From Malacoraja senta (lineage: Eukaryota): a DNA stretch of 64,000 bases. Positions 12,301 to 26,015 of the stretch are shown here, piece after piece. The notes under the pieces were generated by a model. It was not told where the DNA came from, searched no databases, and saw nothing but the letters and a program-made list of their open reading frames with translations. The DNA is taken from positions 18,602,001 to 18,666,000 of the forward strand of contig CM075988.1 in assembly GCA_038087875.1 (NCBI GenBank), read 5' to 3'. Position 1 is the first letter of the stretch; the number at the start of each line of letters is the position of its first letter. A program made the translations under genes and the position numbers.

Positions 12301-15177
12301 TCGTCGAAGGTGTTTTTTGAGCATAGATGCCCTCACCCTGCCCCACCCACAGGTCCGTTCTGGGCAGGTTCCAGCCTGCGCAGACTGTGGACGGGGACCG
12401 CAGGTCTGCCTGTGAGTTGTAGCAGAGGTCAGGGTAACCCAGCACTGACTGAGCTCCACTCCCGCCTCACACCCCTTCAGTCACGAGTCAAGTGTGATGA
12501 TGAATTGTCACATGCAGTGGGAACGGGACAATGGAATTCTTAACTGCTGCAGCTCACAGCCCCGTTAAACACAACACGTTCTATACAATATACAATAAAC
12601 AATAACACAATAAATTGTCTGTTACATTAGGTAACGAGACATCAATAATGCCAGTTGAAACACACAGTGCAACCCTTAAACAAAATTGATGGTTAGTTGA
12701 GGTAGGATTATGCAGGAAGGAACTGCAGATGCTGGTTTACACCAATGATAGACAAAAGGTACACAAAAATGCTGGAGAAACTCAGCAGGTGCAGCAGCAT
12801 CTATGGAGCGAAGGAAATAGGTAACGTTTCGGGCCGAAACCCTTCTTCAGACTGATAGGGGGTGGGGAGAAGAAAGGAAAAAAGGAAAAAGGCGGAGGAG
12901 GAGCCCGAGGGCTGGGGGAGGGGAGGAGACAACCAGATGGCTGATGAAGGGGAGGGGACAGCAAGGGCTAGCAGAATTGGGAGAATTCAATGTTCAAGCC
13001 CCCAGGATGTAGACTGCTCTTTCCTTGACCCCAGAAGGAATGGGTGACGAAGCGTCTCGATCCGAAACGTTACCCATTCCTTCTATCCAGAGATGCTGTC
13101 TACATCCTGGGGGCTTGAGCATTTTGTGTCTATCTTTGAGGTAGGGTTGTGTTTAGTGTTGTGCTGGGTTGTTCAGGAGCCTGATGGTCGATGGAGAGGT
13201 TCTTAAACCTGGAGGTAGCAGTTCTCAGACTTCCCAATGGTAGTAGTGAGATGAGTGCGTGGCCAGGGTGGTGAGGGACATTAAAGCTGCCTTGTTGAGG
13301 TTCCTGCAGATCCCGATATTGGTGGGAGGGCGTTACCTTTGATGGACCGGGCAGTGTCTACCACTCTCTGCAGACACCAGGCACAGCAAGACAGGAGAGT
13401 GTGACTCTTGACACGTAATGACTGGAGATGATTCTACACATTAAAAACTAGCGCCTGTATTAATCAATGGTATTTTATTGTCAAAAATAGAAACATAGAA
13501 AATAGGTGCAGGAGTAGGCCATTCGGCCTTCGTGCCAGCACCACCATTCCATATGATCATGGCTGATCATCCACAATCAGTACCCTGCTCCACACAAACC
13601 TAAGTACAGTGAAATTCCTTTCTTACATCCAGTTCAGTAAAAATCTTACTAGGCATGTGTACAATTATACTGTGGTGCCTAACATCACATAGAGCCTATC
13701 GTTGAGTTAATGTTTAATTTTCATTGATTCAATTCGACTAGTGGGTTCCTATCTCATATCACTAACATTCCCGGCTACACTCTCACCAGGGATAAGGAAA
13801 CGGAGAATCTCCCCAGCTCAGTTAAATGGTGCAAATCTGAATCATCTCTTTACACTCTCTTCACAGACACTGCTAGCATTATCAGAATGGAGACTTTGCA
13901 CCTCTTTTCCTTGGCTTGATAATGGCTTCACTTTCCTGTCACTTCTACATTCCAACACACTTCACCTCAGCCACTTAAGCAGCAAGACACAAAAAGCTGG
14001 AGTTAAACTCGACCCGAAATGTCACCCGTTCCTTCCCTCCAGAGGTACTGCCCCCGCTGAGTTACTCCAGCTTTTTGTGTCTATCATTGGTGTACACCAA
14101 CATCTGCAGTTCCTTCTTACACACTAAAGCAGCAATTTCTCCAGAGACCAGCAAGTATGAAACAGCTTTCCTTTCAGTTATCGGGAGAGTTTTGCAGCTC
14201 CAGTGTTGTCCCTGGCTGCACAGACTGGACTGCCTGCTTCAATGGAGACCATGTACTGGAACAGACCATGTAGTGTGAATCCCGATGAACAGCAACTCAT
14301 GGAAATGGCTACATCACCAACAACAAACCTCTGCGACACCGGTGTCAATGTAAAAATGAGGGCTGACCATATTTTGGTGCAAATACACTTGGCCAGAATA
14401 CATGTACAGTTATTCTGTGAGACAAGGAACTGCAGATGCCAATTTACATAAAAACACAAAAAGTGCTGGAGTAATTCAGCGGGTAGACAAAAAAGCTGGA
14501 GAAACAGCGGGTGAGGCAGCATCAAAGGAGCGAAGGAATAGGCGACGTTTTGGGTCGAGACCCTTCTTCAGCAGGTCAGGCAGCATCTCAGTAAGTCTGA
14601 AGAAGGGCCCTAACCTGAAACGTCACCTATCCATGTTCTCCAGAGATGCTACCTGACCCTCCGCGTTACTCCAGTCTTTTCTTTTGGTATAAACCAAGAT
14701 TTGCAGTTCCGTGTGTCCGCAGATGCTGGAATCTTGAGCACAACACAAAGTGTTGGAGGAACTCAACGGGTCTGTTTCCAAGCAGTGTGACTCTGTGACT
14801 CTACGACAGCAGAGCTAGAATTCCCTGCCCGCAGCACTCGACGTGTGTGGCGTATTTACCTATAAATTCAAACTTGAGAAGAATATTTACAACTGGATAG
14901 CGCACCAATATTTCAATGGGAAAGATATTCCATTGAAGTTGCTGACTCGTTGCTGCTGTGTCACGGTGCGTCAAGGGAGAGGCAGATTCAGTGCAGAGCG
15001 GACAAATTTTTAGATTTATATCAAGCCAATCAACCTACATACAATCAACCCAGTCTGAAGAAGGGTCTCGACCCGAAACGTTGCCTATTCCTTCGCTCCA
15101 TAGATGCTGCTGCACCCGCTGAGTTTCTCCAGCATTGTTGTCTACCTACGATTTTCCAGCATCTGCAGTTCCTTCTT

Positions 15178-15355
15178 AAACCTACATACCTGTACGTCTT
15201 TGGAGTGTGGGAGGAAACCGAGGATCTTGGAGAAAACCTACGCGGTCACGGTGAAAACGTACCAACTACGTACAGACAGCACCCGCAGTCGGGATTGAAC
15301 CCGGGTCTCTGTCGCTGCAAGGCAGCAACTCTACCGTCGTGCCGCCACGCTGCCC
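15178..15355 (-). mobile_element. HE1-like SINE, 5' half
   Basis: Reverse complement of head and V-domain. Confidence 0.85.
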
Positions 15356-15826
15356 ACAAATGATACAGTCTCTGAAAGATTTTGCTGGTGAATGGCAGAG
15401 GATGTGGGAGTGGGATTGTTAGTTTGCCCCCTACGCACAGCTGGTGTAGAATTGACTCACCCCATTGTTTGCTTCAGTACGCTGAACACTCTGTGCTTCT
15501 GCATCCCACTCCTGTGTAACTGCATGAAATACTATCTAGCCCTGAACCCTTGATGTAGTGCCAATGACTTCAGATTTCTGTCTCCCAGTCCTTGAACCTT
15601 TTATGAATGAGAAGAGTTTCGAGATCCGACATACCTCGGTGAAATCTCCTCTCAACCTTCACATTTCTAAAGAAAAAAGATTGATAAAGAAAGTTATTTC
15701 AAAAATGTATTTTTTTAAATGAAAGCAGTGACCATGACCATGAGAATCATATCTAGTGAATGCAATGAGAAGTTGTGTACTGCCTAAGAAGAAAATAGGA
15801 CATGGAACATAGACCAGCACAGCACT

Positions 15827-16759
15827 AGCAAATTTGCAGATGACACAAAGCTGGGTGGCAGTGTGAACTGTGAGGAGGATGCTATGAGAGTGCAGGATGA
15901 CTTGGACAGGTTGGGGGAGTGGGCAGATGCATGGCAGATTAAGTTTAATGTGGATAAATGTGAGGTTATCCACTTTGGCAGCAAAAACAGGAAGGCAGAT
16001 TACTATCTAAATTGCATCAAGTTGGGAAAAGGGGAAGCACAACGGGATCTGGGGGTCCTTGTACATCAGTCTATGAAAGTAAGCATGCAGGTGCAGCAGG
16101 CAGTGAAGAAAGCAAATGGCATGTTGGCCTTTATAACAAGACAAATCGAATATAGGAGCAAAGAGGTCCTTCTGCAGTTGTACAGAGCCCTAGTGAGACC
16201 ACACCTGGAGTATTGTGTGCAGTTTTGGTCCCCTAATTTGAGGAAGGACATTCTTGCTATTGAGGGAGTGCAGCGTAGGTTTACAAGGTTAATTCCCGGG
16301 ATGGCGGGTCTGTCATATGCTGAGAGAATGGAGCAGCTGGGCTTGTACACTCTGGAGTTTAGAAGGATGAGAGGGTATCTCATTGAAACATATAAGATTG
16401 TTAAGGGCTTGGACACGCTAGAGGCAGGAAACATGTTCCCGATGTTGGGGGAGTCCAGAACCAGGGGCCACAGTTTAAGAATAAGGAGTAAGCCATTTAG
16501 AACGGAGACGAGGAAACACTTTTTCTCACAGAGAGTGGTGAGTCTGTGGAATTCTCTGCCTCAGAGGGCGGTGGAGGCGGGTTCTCTGGATGCTTTCAAG
16601 AGAGAGCTAGATAGGGCTCTTAAAAATAGCAGAGTCAGGGGATATGGGGAGAAGGCAGGAACGGGGTACTGATTGGGGATGATCAGCCATGATCACATTG
16701 AATGGCGGTGCTGGCTCGAATGGCCGAATGGCCTACTCCTGCACCTATTGTCTATTGTC
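15827..16759 (+). mobile_element. CR1-clade (HER1-like) LINE, 5'-truncated: reverse transcriptase C-terminus plus 3' UTR
   Basis: KFADDTK RT motif, then an open frame to 16672 (WQIKFNVDKC, LVRPHLEYCVQFWSP, TRGHSL, FFSQRVVSLWNSLP). Ends in a (CTATTGT)n tail. Confidence 0.95.
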
Positions 16760-18504
16760 AGCACAAGAACGGGCCCTTTGGCCCACAATGTTTATTCAGA
16801 ACATGATGCCAAGTTAAACTGATTCCATCTGCCTTCAAGTGGTCCATATCCCTCCAATCCCTGCAAATCCATGTGCCTAACTAAAAGCTTGTTAAACACC
16901 ATTATCGTATCTGCCTCCAGCACTACCCCTGGTAACGCATTCCAGGGCCCCACCACTCATTGTGTCCTTGTCTCAGATGTATAGTGGAAGGTTGAGATCA
17001 CCCCTGCCCTGTGGATAAGTAGACAATCCAATCCAAAGTGCACTTAAACGCAAGAATTGTCTGCTTCTTTAACATACAATCAGTCTGAAGAAAGGTCCCA
17101 GCCCAAAATATCTCTCCAGAGATGCTGCCCGGCCCGCTGAGTTACTCCAGCATTTTGTCTCTTTCTTTGTAAACCAGCAGCTGCAGTTCTTTGCATCTCC
17201 TTCAGCTTGACCACCGAGGGCAGGACTGAGTGAAGCACCGAAGATGGACACATCTCATGCTGGAGTAACTCAGGCAACATCTCTGGAGAAAAGGAATGGG
17301 TGGTGTTTCCGGTCTAGACGCTTCTTCAGACTGAGAGGACGCCACAGGATGTTGGAAACTGCTGAGGTCGGCACTCCAGCTTTGTTCTTCTCTCTCCAAC
17401 CGGGCAGAGGATGTGTGCATACCTCACACAGGTACAAACCCCCCTCTGAGTTGGACAAAGACTGCGATGTACTGTCATTCTCTTGTATAAAGCCAGCGAG
17501 ATCTGACTTGATATCTGCCCATTATCTGGACATTATCACCTATGTAGCCAAGTGGGCTTCAGCGTTTCCTGTGATTAAACTGCCTCACAAAATAGCCTTT
17601 CAATGGCTGATTTCTAGTGCTGCTAAAGAACAGGTCTTTCAAGTCAAGAGCATTTAATTGTTTAATTGGCATGTGTATCATAGCAGAACAATTAAATTCT
17701 AACTTGCTGCCACATAACGGGCCCACTAATGCTATACACACAAATTCAATGTATAATATGCAATAATACAACAAATTAAAAACCTTGATACTTGGTAACC
17801 ATTGCAGTACAAAACCGAAGTCCGTGGTGGAAGCAAGGACACACTCCGTGGAAGATCATAGTAGAACATTGCACCAGATTCAAAAAACAGCTTCTCCAGA
17901 CAAGGAACTGCAGATGCTGGAAACTTGAGCAAACCCCAAAGTGCTGGAGGGACTCAGCTGGTTAGGCAGCATCTGTGGTGGGAATGGACAAACAACGTTC
18001 TGGGTCGGGACTTTTGTTTCAAAGTCAGACGAAGAGTCCCGACTTGAAACATCATCTGACCGTTCTCCACAGATGCTGCCTGACCAGCTGAGTTACTCCA
18101 GTGTTTTGCTCACTTTGAGTGGACAGTCCACCTGTTGTTACACTGAGCTACGAAAAAACACACAAAAAAACATTAAAATATGTGCGGAATTTGGCCTGAC
18201 TGCACCAACTTTCTAACCTCAGGGCAAGTATGGACCTCTCCGTGACCCATGTAGACCTTGGTGTCCAAGGTCCATGTAGACCTTAATGGAAATGCCCGGA
18301 TTCCCTCCCTGTCAAGGGAATCTCGCTGAGCCAACAGGCAGCTGCCTGGACCTGCTCTTTAAGTTAGACAAAAGTGCTGGAGAAACTCAGCGGGTGCAGC
18401 AGCATCTATGGAGCGAAGGAAATAGGCAACATTTAGGGCCGAAACCCTTCTTCAGACTTCTTTCCTTCTTAAACACCTGCTCTTTAAGTCCTGACTTGAA
18501 GGAA

Positions 18505-18722
18505 GGTGCAGGAAGGAACTGCCGACGCTGGTTTAAACGGAAGATAGACACAAATTGCTGGAGTAACTCAGCGGGACAGGCAGCATCTCTGGAGAGAAGG
18601 AACGGGTGACGTTTCGGGTCGAGAGTGAAGGAGATTCTCGACCCGAATCATCACCCATTCCTTCTCTCCAGAGATGCTGCCTGTCCCGCTGAGTTACTCC
18701 AGCTTTTTGCATCTAGCTTCAG
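18505..18722. repeat. Inverted pair of Penelope terminal repeats (fold-back)
   Basis: GAAGATAGACACAAATTGCTGGAGTAACTCAGCGGGACAGGCAGCATCTCTGGAGAGAAGGAACGGGTGA...GGGTCGAGA is followed, after a short spacer, by its reverse complement. Confidence 0.9.
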
Positions 18723-19237
18723 CTGAAGGAAGGCTGAGACCATACTTGTGTGGGTTATTACTGGGAGTGCTCACAGTCTGACAATTCCTGCTGACACCCT
18801 TAGCTAAAACACTGCTCCTGCCTTAAGATAGTGAGCCGCTCAGTCCCCAATGTCAAGACCTTGTTCCTCTGATGTGCCTGAGTTTAAAGCTACCCTTTTA
18901 TCAACACCCTCTTGCTGGCCTGTTGTTAAAGCAGTTGATGAATGTCTCCTGTCATCTCCTCCAGCACCACATTCCTCTCAGATCATGGCAATCCTCCCAC
19001 TTTGTCAGTGGAGGCTGTGTCTTAACACAGAATGTAGAACCGAGAACAGTGCAGCACAGAAACAGGCCCTTTGGCCCATAATGTCCATGCGGAATCTGAT
19101 GACAAAAAATAAAACTAATATCTCATAATCTCATATTTCGAATGGGCAGCCTCCAGCCCAGTGGTAGGAACACCACACATAATCCTCTGAAATGTCCGCC
19201 ACCTCCAACGGGATCCCACCACTAACCACGCCTCACT

Positions 19238-19622
19238 AATCGCTGCCTCAAAAAGGCTGGCAGTATCATCAAGGACCCACACCATCCTGACCACACACTC
19301 ATCTCCCTACTACCTTCAGGTAGAAGGTACAGGAGCCTGAAGACTGCAACGACCAGGTTCAGGAATAGCTACTTCCCCACAGCCATCAGGCTATTAAACC
19401 TGGCTCGGACATAACACTGAACTTTATTAGCCAATTAACTGTTATTTGCACTTTATCAGTATATTGATTCATGTGTGTATATATTTATAGAATGGTATAT
19501 GGACACACTGATCTGTTCTGTAGTCAATGCCTACTATGTTCTGTTGTGCTGAAGCAAAGCAAGAATTTCATTGTCCTATCAGGGACACATGACAATAAAC
19601 TCACTTGAACTTGAACTTGAAC
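19238..19622 (+). mobile_element. Rex1/Babar-like LINE 3' fragment
   Basis: Near-identical to 6575-6950. (CTTGAA)n tail. Confidence 0.85.
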
Positions 19623-19624
19623 TT

Positions 19625-20460
19625 TTTCCCTTCACCCCTTTCCACCTTCCGCAGAGACCGTTCCCTCTGCAACTCCCTGGTTAACTCATCCCTTCCCACC
19701 CAAACCACCCCTCCCCAGGTACCTTCCCCTGCAAACCACATAAGGGATCTGGAGAGACCTGTCGCTATACCTCCTCCATCCACTCTGTCCAGGGACCCCA
19801 ACAGTCCTTTCAGGTTAGGCAGAAGTTCACTTGCACCTCCTCCAACCTCATCTATTGTATCCATTGTTCAAGATGTGGGCTCTTATACATCGGCGAGACC
19901 AAACGCAGACTGGCGATCGTTTTGCGAAACACCTTTACTCAGCCCAACTGAACCAACCTGATCTCCCGGTTGCTGGACACTTTAATTCTCCTTCCCATTC
20001 CTACACAGACCTTTCTGTCCTCGGTCTCCTCCATTGTCAGAGTGAGGCTAAACGCAAATTGGAGGAACAGCATCTCATATTTCGCTTGGGCAGCTTACAG
20101 CCCAGTGGTATGAATATTGATTTCTCTCACTTCAGATAGCCCTGGCATTCTCTCTCTCTCTCTCTATCCCTCCCCCACCCAAGTTACACTATCTTCTCAT
20201 TTTCAACCTACAAACAGCTTACAATGGGCTGTTTCCTTTATCATCGTCACTTTTTTGCATATCTTTCATTCATTGTTCTTTATCCCTCTACATCACCGTC
20301 TATATCTCTCGTTTCCCTTATCCCTAATCAGTCTGAAGAAGGGTCTCGACCTGAAACGTCACCCATTCCTTCTCACCAGAGATGCGGTCAGTCCCACTGA
20401 GTTACTCCAGCTTTTTGTGTCTATCTCTGGTTTAAACCAGCATCTGCAATTCCTTCCGAC
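19625..20460 (+). mobile_element. Penelope-like element 3' fragment (GIY-YIG endonuclease plus terminal repeat)
   Basis: Frameshifted CSRCGLLYIGETKRRL / DRFAKHL...PDLPVAGHFNSPSH...RKLEEQHLIFRLGSLQPSGMNIDF, followed by a terminal repeat with the hammerhead motif at about 20333. Confidence 0.9.
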
Positions 20461-21455
20461 ATAAACTAATCTCATCTGCCTGTATATGATCCATATCCCT
20501 CTATTCCCTACATATTAATGAGCCTATCTAAAAGTCTCTTAAATGCCACTATAATATCTGCCTACACTACCACCCCACACTGCATTCCAGGCTCCCACCA
20601 CCCTGGAGATAAAGGTTCTGAATGTCTACCTTATGTATGCTTCTCATAATTTTATATACTTTTATCAGCTCTCTCCTCAATTTCCAACGCTCCAGTGAAA
20701 ATAATTCAAGTCTGTTCAACTTCTCCTCGGAGCTAATACCCTCTAATCCAGGCAGTATTCTGGTCTTCAGTTGCTAAAACTGTAAGTTCTGAAATCCATT
20801 CACACAGCCTCTTGGCCTAGTACACAATTTTGTAATCCTTTGGCACTCTTTAATGGTCTAGTGACCAAATCCTGTCCGGTCTCGCTCCTCTCCGTTTGCT
20901 GCGACCTTTTGCCTAATAGCACTCCTGTGATGCACTATGTTTAAGGCACTATAGAAATGAATGTTGTTATTGTTGAAGAAGGGGATCTGGATGCTACGAA
21001 GCTTAGATGGGGCATCTCAGTCAGAGTGGAGGAACTCAATGGGCCAGGCAACATCTGTGGAGGGAATGGACAGACGACAAGTTGGGTCGGGACCTTTCTT
21101 CAGATTGATGAAGGTATTGGAAGGATACAGAGGACAATGGGATTATTAGCTGCAAACAGTTAGAGTAAAAGACCCAAAGTGCTGGAGTAACTCAACTGAT
21201 CAGGCAGCACCTCTGGAGAACATGGATAGGAGATGTTTTGCTTCGGGACACTTCTTCAGACCAATTGTGATGGAGAGGGGTAGGGAGGGAAAAAAGCTGG
21301 AAGAGAGGAGAGGACAAAGCTTGCGGATGAAAGGTGGATAGAGGTGGTTTGTGATAAACTGATAGTTGGACAAAGGCCAGAGATGAAAAGGCAAAAGGTG
21401 CGTGATATGGATAGAAGAAGTGCAAATTGTAGAGTCAGAGGAAGGAATGTAGGTC

Positions 21456-21755
21456 GGCACGGTGGCGTAGCGGTAGAGCTTGTAGCGCCAGAGACTCGGG
21501 TTCGATTCTGACTACGGGTGCTTGCCTGTACAGAGTTTGTACGTTCTCCCTGCGTGGGATTTTCTCCGAGATCTTCGGTTTCGTCCCACACTCCAAAGAC
21601 GTACAGGTTTGTAGGTTAATTTGTTTGTAAAATTGTAAATTGTCCCCGGTGGGTGTAGGATAGTGTTAGTGTTCGGGGCTCGTTGGTTGGCGCGGACCCG
21701 GTGGGCCGAAGGGCCAGTTTCCGTGCTGTATCTCTAAACTAAACATAAACTAAAC
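21456..21755 (+). mobile_element. HE1-like SINE inserted in a Penelope fragment
   Basis: Full-length SINE; Penelope-type sequence continues on both sides. Confidence 0.9.
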
Positions 21756-23264
21756 TAGAGGGAAGGGGACGGAGATGGGAGAAATTGATGCGCGTACAGG
21801 TGGGGCACAGGGAAGAGAGGGGGGAAGAGTTGTTACCTAAAATGTGAGAATTCAAAGATCAGTGGTGCAAATCATCGATTCTGTTCCTCTCTTCACAGAT
21901 GCTGCTCGGGTTCCTGAGTGTTTCCAGCATTGCCTCTTACATGAAACCAGCAAACCAGGGAGAGGCACTGTCTGAGCAGAATGCCTTAGACAAGTATTTT
22001 TTATGTGATTGTGGAATTAAATTAAAGATGGTGTAATGACTTTAATAGAATGTGTTCACTTTCATGGCTCCAATGTATATATATTGCAGAATTTGATTTA
22101 AAAAAACAAGCCTCCAGGTCATTGTGTCTAATATATAAACGGCAACTGCATCCATTTGCAGTCCCAGCACCAAGTTTGTTTGAAAAGGGATTAACAATTT
22201 ACTTTATTGATAGAATAGTGGGAGGGAAGAAGGCTTTAGTCAGCAATATGCAGTGTGTGTAGCAAGGAACTTCAAATGCTGGTTCTGAAGAAGGCTCCTG
22301 ACCTGAAACGTCACCTATTCCTTTTTCTCCAGAGATGCTGCCTGCCCCACTGAGTTACTCCAGCTATTTGTGCCCACCTTCAGTATTACGTACAGGTTCA
22401 CCGCCGACTGATATGTCCATCTACTCAGTTGAGTGTTTATGTTCTGCAAACCCTTGTCGTTGCTTCAACACACCCTCCCACTGCTCTACCCCAGGCTCCT
22501 GTCTGACCCACCCTGTGAGGCATTACACCACAGCATTACAAACCACACTGTTGCATGGAGAAAATCAAACGAGAGTCATTCAGCATGGAAACTGGTCCTT
22601 CGGCCCAACTCGCCCATGCTGACCAAGATGCCCCATCCCACCTGCCCGTGTTTGGCCCGTATCCCTCTAAACTATTCCTATCGATGTACCTGTTCAAATG
22701 CCTATTAAATGTTGTTATAGTTCCTGCTTAACTACCTCCTCTGGCAGCTCATTCTATATACACACCATCCTCTGACTGAAAAAGCTGCCCTACAGGTTCC
22801 TATTAAATACCGTAGATTCCCGCTCACCTTAAACCTATGTCCTCTGGTTCTTGATTCCTCTACTCTGGGTAAAACATTGTAGATTCACCCTATATATCCC
22901 TTCACGATTGTACACACCTCTACAAGATCACCCTCAGCCTCCTGCACTCCAAGTGCTCTGAACCTGCCCAACCTCTCCCTTGTACCTCAGGCCCTCAAGT
23001 CCTGGCAACATTCTCATAAATAATCGCTGCACACTTTCCAGCCTAATGACATCCTTCCTGTAGCAGGGTGACCAAAACTGCCCACAATGCTCCAAATATG
23101 GCTTCAAACCACACGTCTTGTACAACTGTAACATGACATCCCAACTTCTATACTTTTTTGACCACCTTATCTACCTGTGGTGCCATTTTCAAGGAACTAT
23201 GTCCCTGCACACCTAGATCCCTCTGCAGCACAACATTCCCCAGAGCCCTGTCATTCAGATCACT

Positions 23265-23883
23265 ACCAGCGTACACTGCCCTCAGGTCGGCTGCTATGGA
23301 GAGGACTAGAGAGGTTTGCAAGGGTCCCTGTCACGATTTATTCTCAACAGCTCCATCACAGAGGACTCTGTGATTCACGGACTGTTTCCAGGGACGCATT
23401 CAGAGACTGACATCGAGTGCCGCTGGAAGGTCATCAACTCGGTGAAAGACACTCTTTGGTCTGCCCGAGCTTTGTTGACCTCCCAGATGTCCGTCGGGGA
23501 ATGTTGCCAACTGTCCCTCTGCAGACTGCGGACTGCTGAGGGACGCACTGAATTCGGTGCAGCCAACGCTGGCTCGGTGGGGGAGGACCACAGTCTAGGG
23601 TCCTTCCACTACTGGACATAGTGGGGCAGGGTGTAGTGGAGACGCCCCTATGTCCAGACATAAGGAAAATGGATTCCACGCCAGTGGGCCACATGAGTGG
23701 CAAGGGTGGGGGATAAATTTGTGTAATTTGTGTAAACAGTATTGAATATATTATTCAATATAATTGAATATATAATTAAACAATTATATAGCCTCTGAGA
23801 ATGTCGGATGAATTTTTTGCACGGTTCCTGTATTGTATGTATTTATTACTTGAATAAAGTCTATTTTGAAATTTAAAAAAAAC
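23265..23883 (+). mobile_element. Tx1/L1-group LINE 3' fragment
   Basis: ORF2-like C-terminus (SVIHGLFPGTH...WKVINSVKDTLWSAR), AT-rich 3' UTR, AATAAA and poly(A) at about 23853-23883. Confidence 0.7.
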
Positions 23884-24995
23884 ATGGCTCTTGCATATGA
23901 GGAATGTACTGTATCACAGCCCTGCCTTCATTAACATGGCAGTCAGGGCTGAGAATTTAGACCATCTTGTGCTAAATTTAATGGGACCCTTAATGGGTTC
24001 CACAGTGTGCAATGACCTAGACAATTGGTTTGCTGTGATGGGTAATCAAGGCTGATAATAACTCCTGTGTTATTAAACTGAAGATAGACACAAAATGCTG
24101 GAGTAACTCAGCGGGACAGGCAGCATCTCTGGAGAGAAAGAATGGGTGATGTTTTGGGTCAAGACCCTTCATCAGATAATAACTTTTTCAAGGAGCTCCT
24201 TCTGAGATGATAAATGATCAATACCTTTGTGCACTGAAGGAATGGGATTAGGTTAATGGGGAGACATGGAACTGCAGATGCTGGTTAATACGCAAAAGGG
24301 TACAAAGTGCTGGAGTAACTCAGCAGGTCTGAAGAAGGGTACCGACGTGAAACGTCACCTATCTGCAGTATGTTCCCCAAAGATGCTGTCAGACTCGCTG
24401 AGTTGCTCCAGCACTTTGTGTCCCATTGTTCTTTTGTCCTTTAGGCTAATGGACCTTTTAAAGTCAACATTAAAGCCACCTTACCTGCCTCTCACCTCAC
24501 TGAGAAAAGCACCAATCCATTGGTTAGGAACTTGTCCATGCTATCTGAGAAAATATTGTGATCCCAGTACTGCAGAGTATAGAGGGATTATGGATCAGGT
24601 GCAGTTAGAGGAGATTAATGCCATGTGGACGCAAAGTGCTGGAGTAACTCAGTGGACCAGGCAGCATCTTCAGAGAACATGGATAGGTGACGTTTCACGC
24701 CGAGACCCTTCTTCATGGACATTGTTGGCTGAAGGGCCTGTTCTTGTGTTGTACTCTTCTATGTTCTATATATTGGTCACGGAAGCAACAATTATATGTC
24801 AACCAGTTACTTCCCCTTGAAGAGCAGAAGATGGGGCAGGATGGTCCTGGAGAAAAAGGTTCTGACTGTCTACCCTAGCTATGCCTCTCATAATCTTATA
24901 TGCTTCTATCAGGCCTGAACCTCTGACATTGCTGAGAAAAGAATCAAAATCTGTCCAACCACTGCTTGTAGCTAATCTCCTCTAATCCAGGCATC

Positions 24996-25318
24996 AATAG
25001 GCAATAGACAATAGGTGCAGGAGTAGGCCATTCGGCCCTTCGAGCCAGCACCGCCATCCACTGTGATCGTGGCTGATCATCCACAATCAGTACCCCGTTC
25101 CTGCCTTCTACCAATATCTCCTGACTCCACTATCTCTAAGAGATTTATCTAACTCTCTCTTGAAAGCATCCAGAGAATTGGCCTCCACTGCCTTCCGAGG
25201 CAGAGAGTTCCACAGATTCACAACTCTCTGGGTGAAAAAGTTGTCCTCATCTCAGTTCTAAATGGCCTACCCCTAATTCTTAAAATGTGGTCCCCTGGTT
25301 CTGGATTCCCCCAACATC
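24996..25318 (-). mobile_element. CR1-clade LINE 3' end
   Basis: Reverse complement of the 16.45-16.76 kb segment, with a CAATAGA tail. Confidence 0.85.
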
Positions 25319-25617
25319 AATCTGACAACCTCCTCTACATCCTTTCCAAAGCCTCCTCATCCTGCATGCCATGGGTGACCAGAGCTATACGCTCTCCAGC
25401 AATACAAGTCATAGCTTATAGTTATCCCTCCGGATGCTAAATTCTTGCTTGATTATCTGTCATCTCTTTGCCCCCCATGAATAATGCCTCAGACTTGCTT
25501 TTGAAAAGCTTCCACTCACTTTTCTAACTCTTGTTTAGGTGTCTAGAGAAACTCTTCCTCTGGAGTAATAGAGATTGCACAGCACAAAACCAGGCCCTTC
25601 AGCCCACCTTGTCCACA

Positions 25618-26015
25618 CTGCCCCCTCCTATATCAAAAATCTTCTAACCCACCATTCTACCTCCAGGTCCCTCGGATCGGCCGACTTGGGGCAACTGACT
25701 ATCCCGCGGTCTAGGTTTAAGCTCAGGGGTGACCGCGCGTTTGCGGTTGTGGAACAGCATCCCTCTCCTCATCAGAACTGCCCCTTCCATCGAATCCTTT
25801 AAATCGAGGCTCAAAACCTATTTCTACTCCCTAGCATTTTTGAGGCCCTCTGAGGGGGGGGCTGTAAACAGTTTATGTATGTATTGTTAGATCTGTGTAC
25901 CATTGCATGTAGCACATTAGTATCTGCTCCGACGTACAGCACATTGGTCAACGTGAGTTGTTTTTAAATGTGCTATACAAATAAAATTGATTGATTGATT
26001 GATTGATAGATAGAT
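25618..26015 (+). mobile_element. L2-clade LINE 3' end
   Basis: APSYIKNLL...RSLGS...IPRSRFKLRGDRAF, then frameshifted WNSIP...APSIESFKSRLKTYF. Ends in a (GATT)n tail. Confidence 0.85.

Noticed and set aside
15863..16672. 269-aa ORF (and the 211-aa ORF at 62372-63007) as host genes
   Set aside because: Both are C-terminal parts of CR1 LINE ORF2 in 5'-truncated copies, with the LINE 3' UTR attached.
24486..24545. 60-nt minus-strand exon bounded by TTTTCTCAG and GTAAGG
   Set aside because: Stop codons in all three frames.
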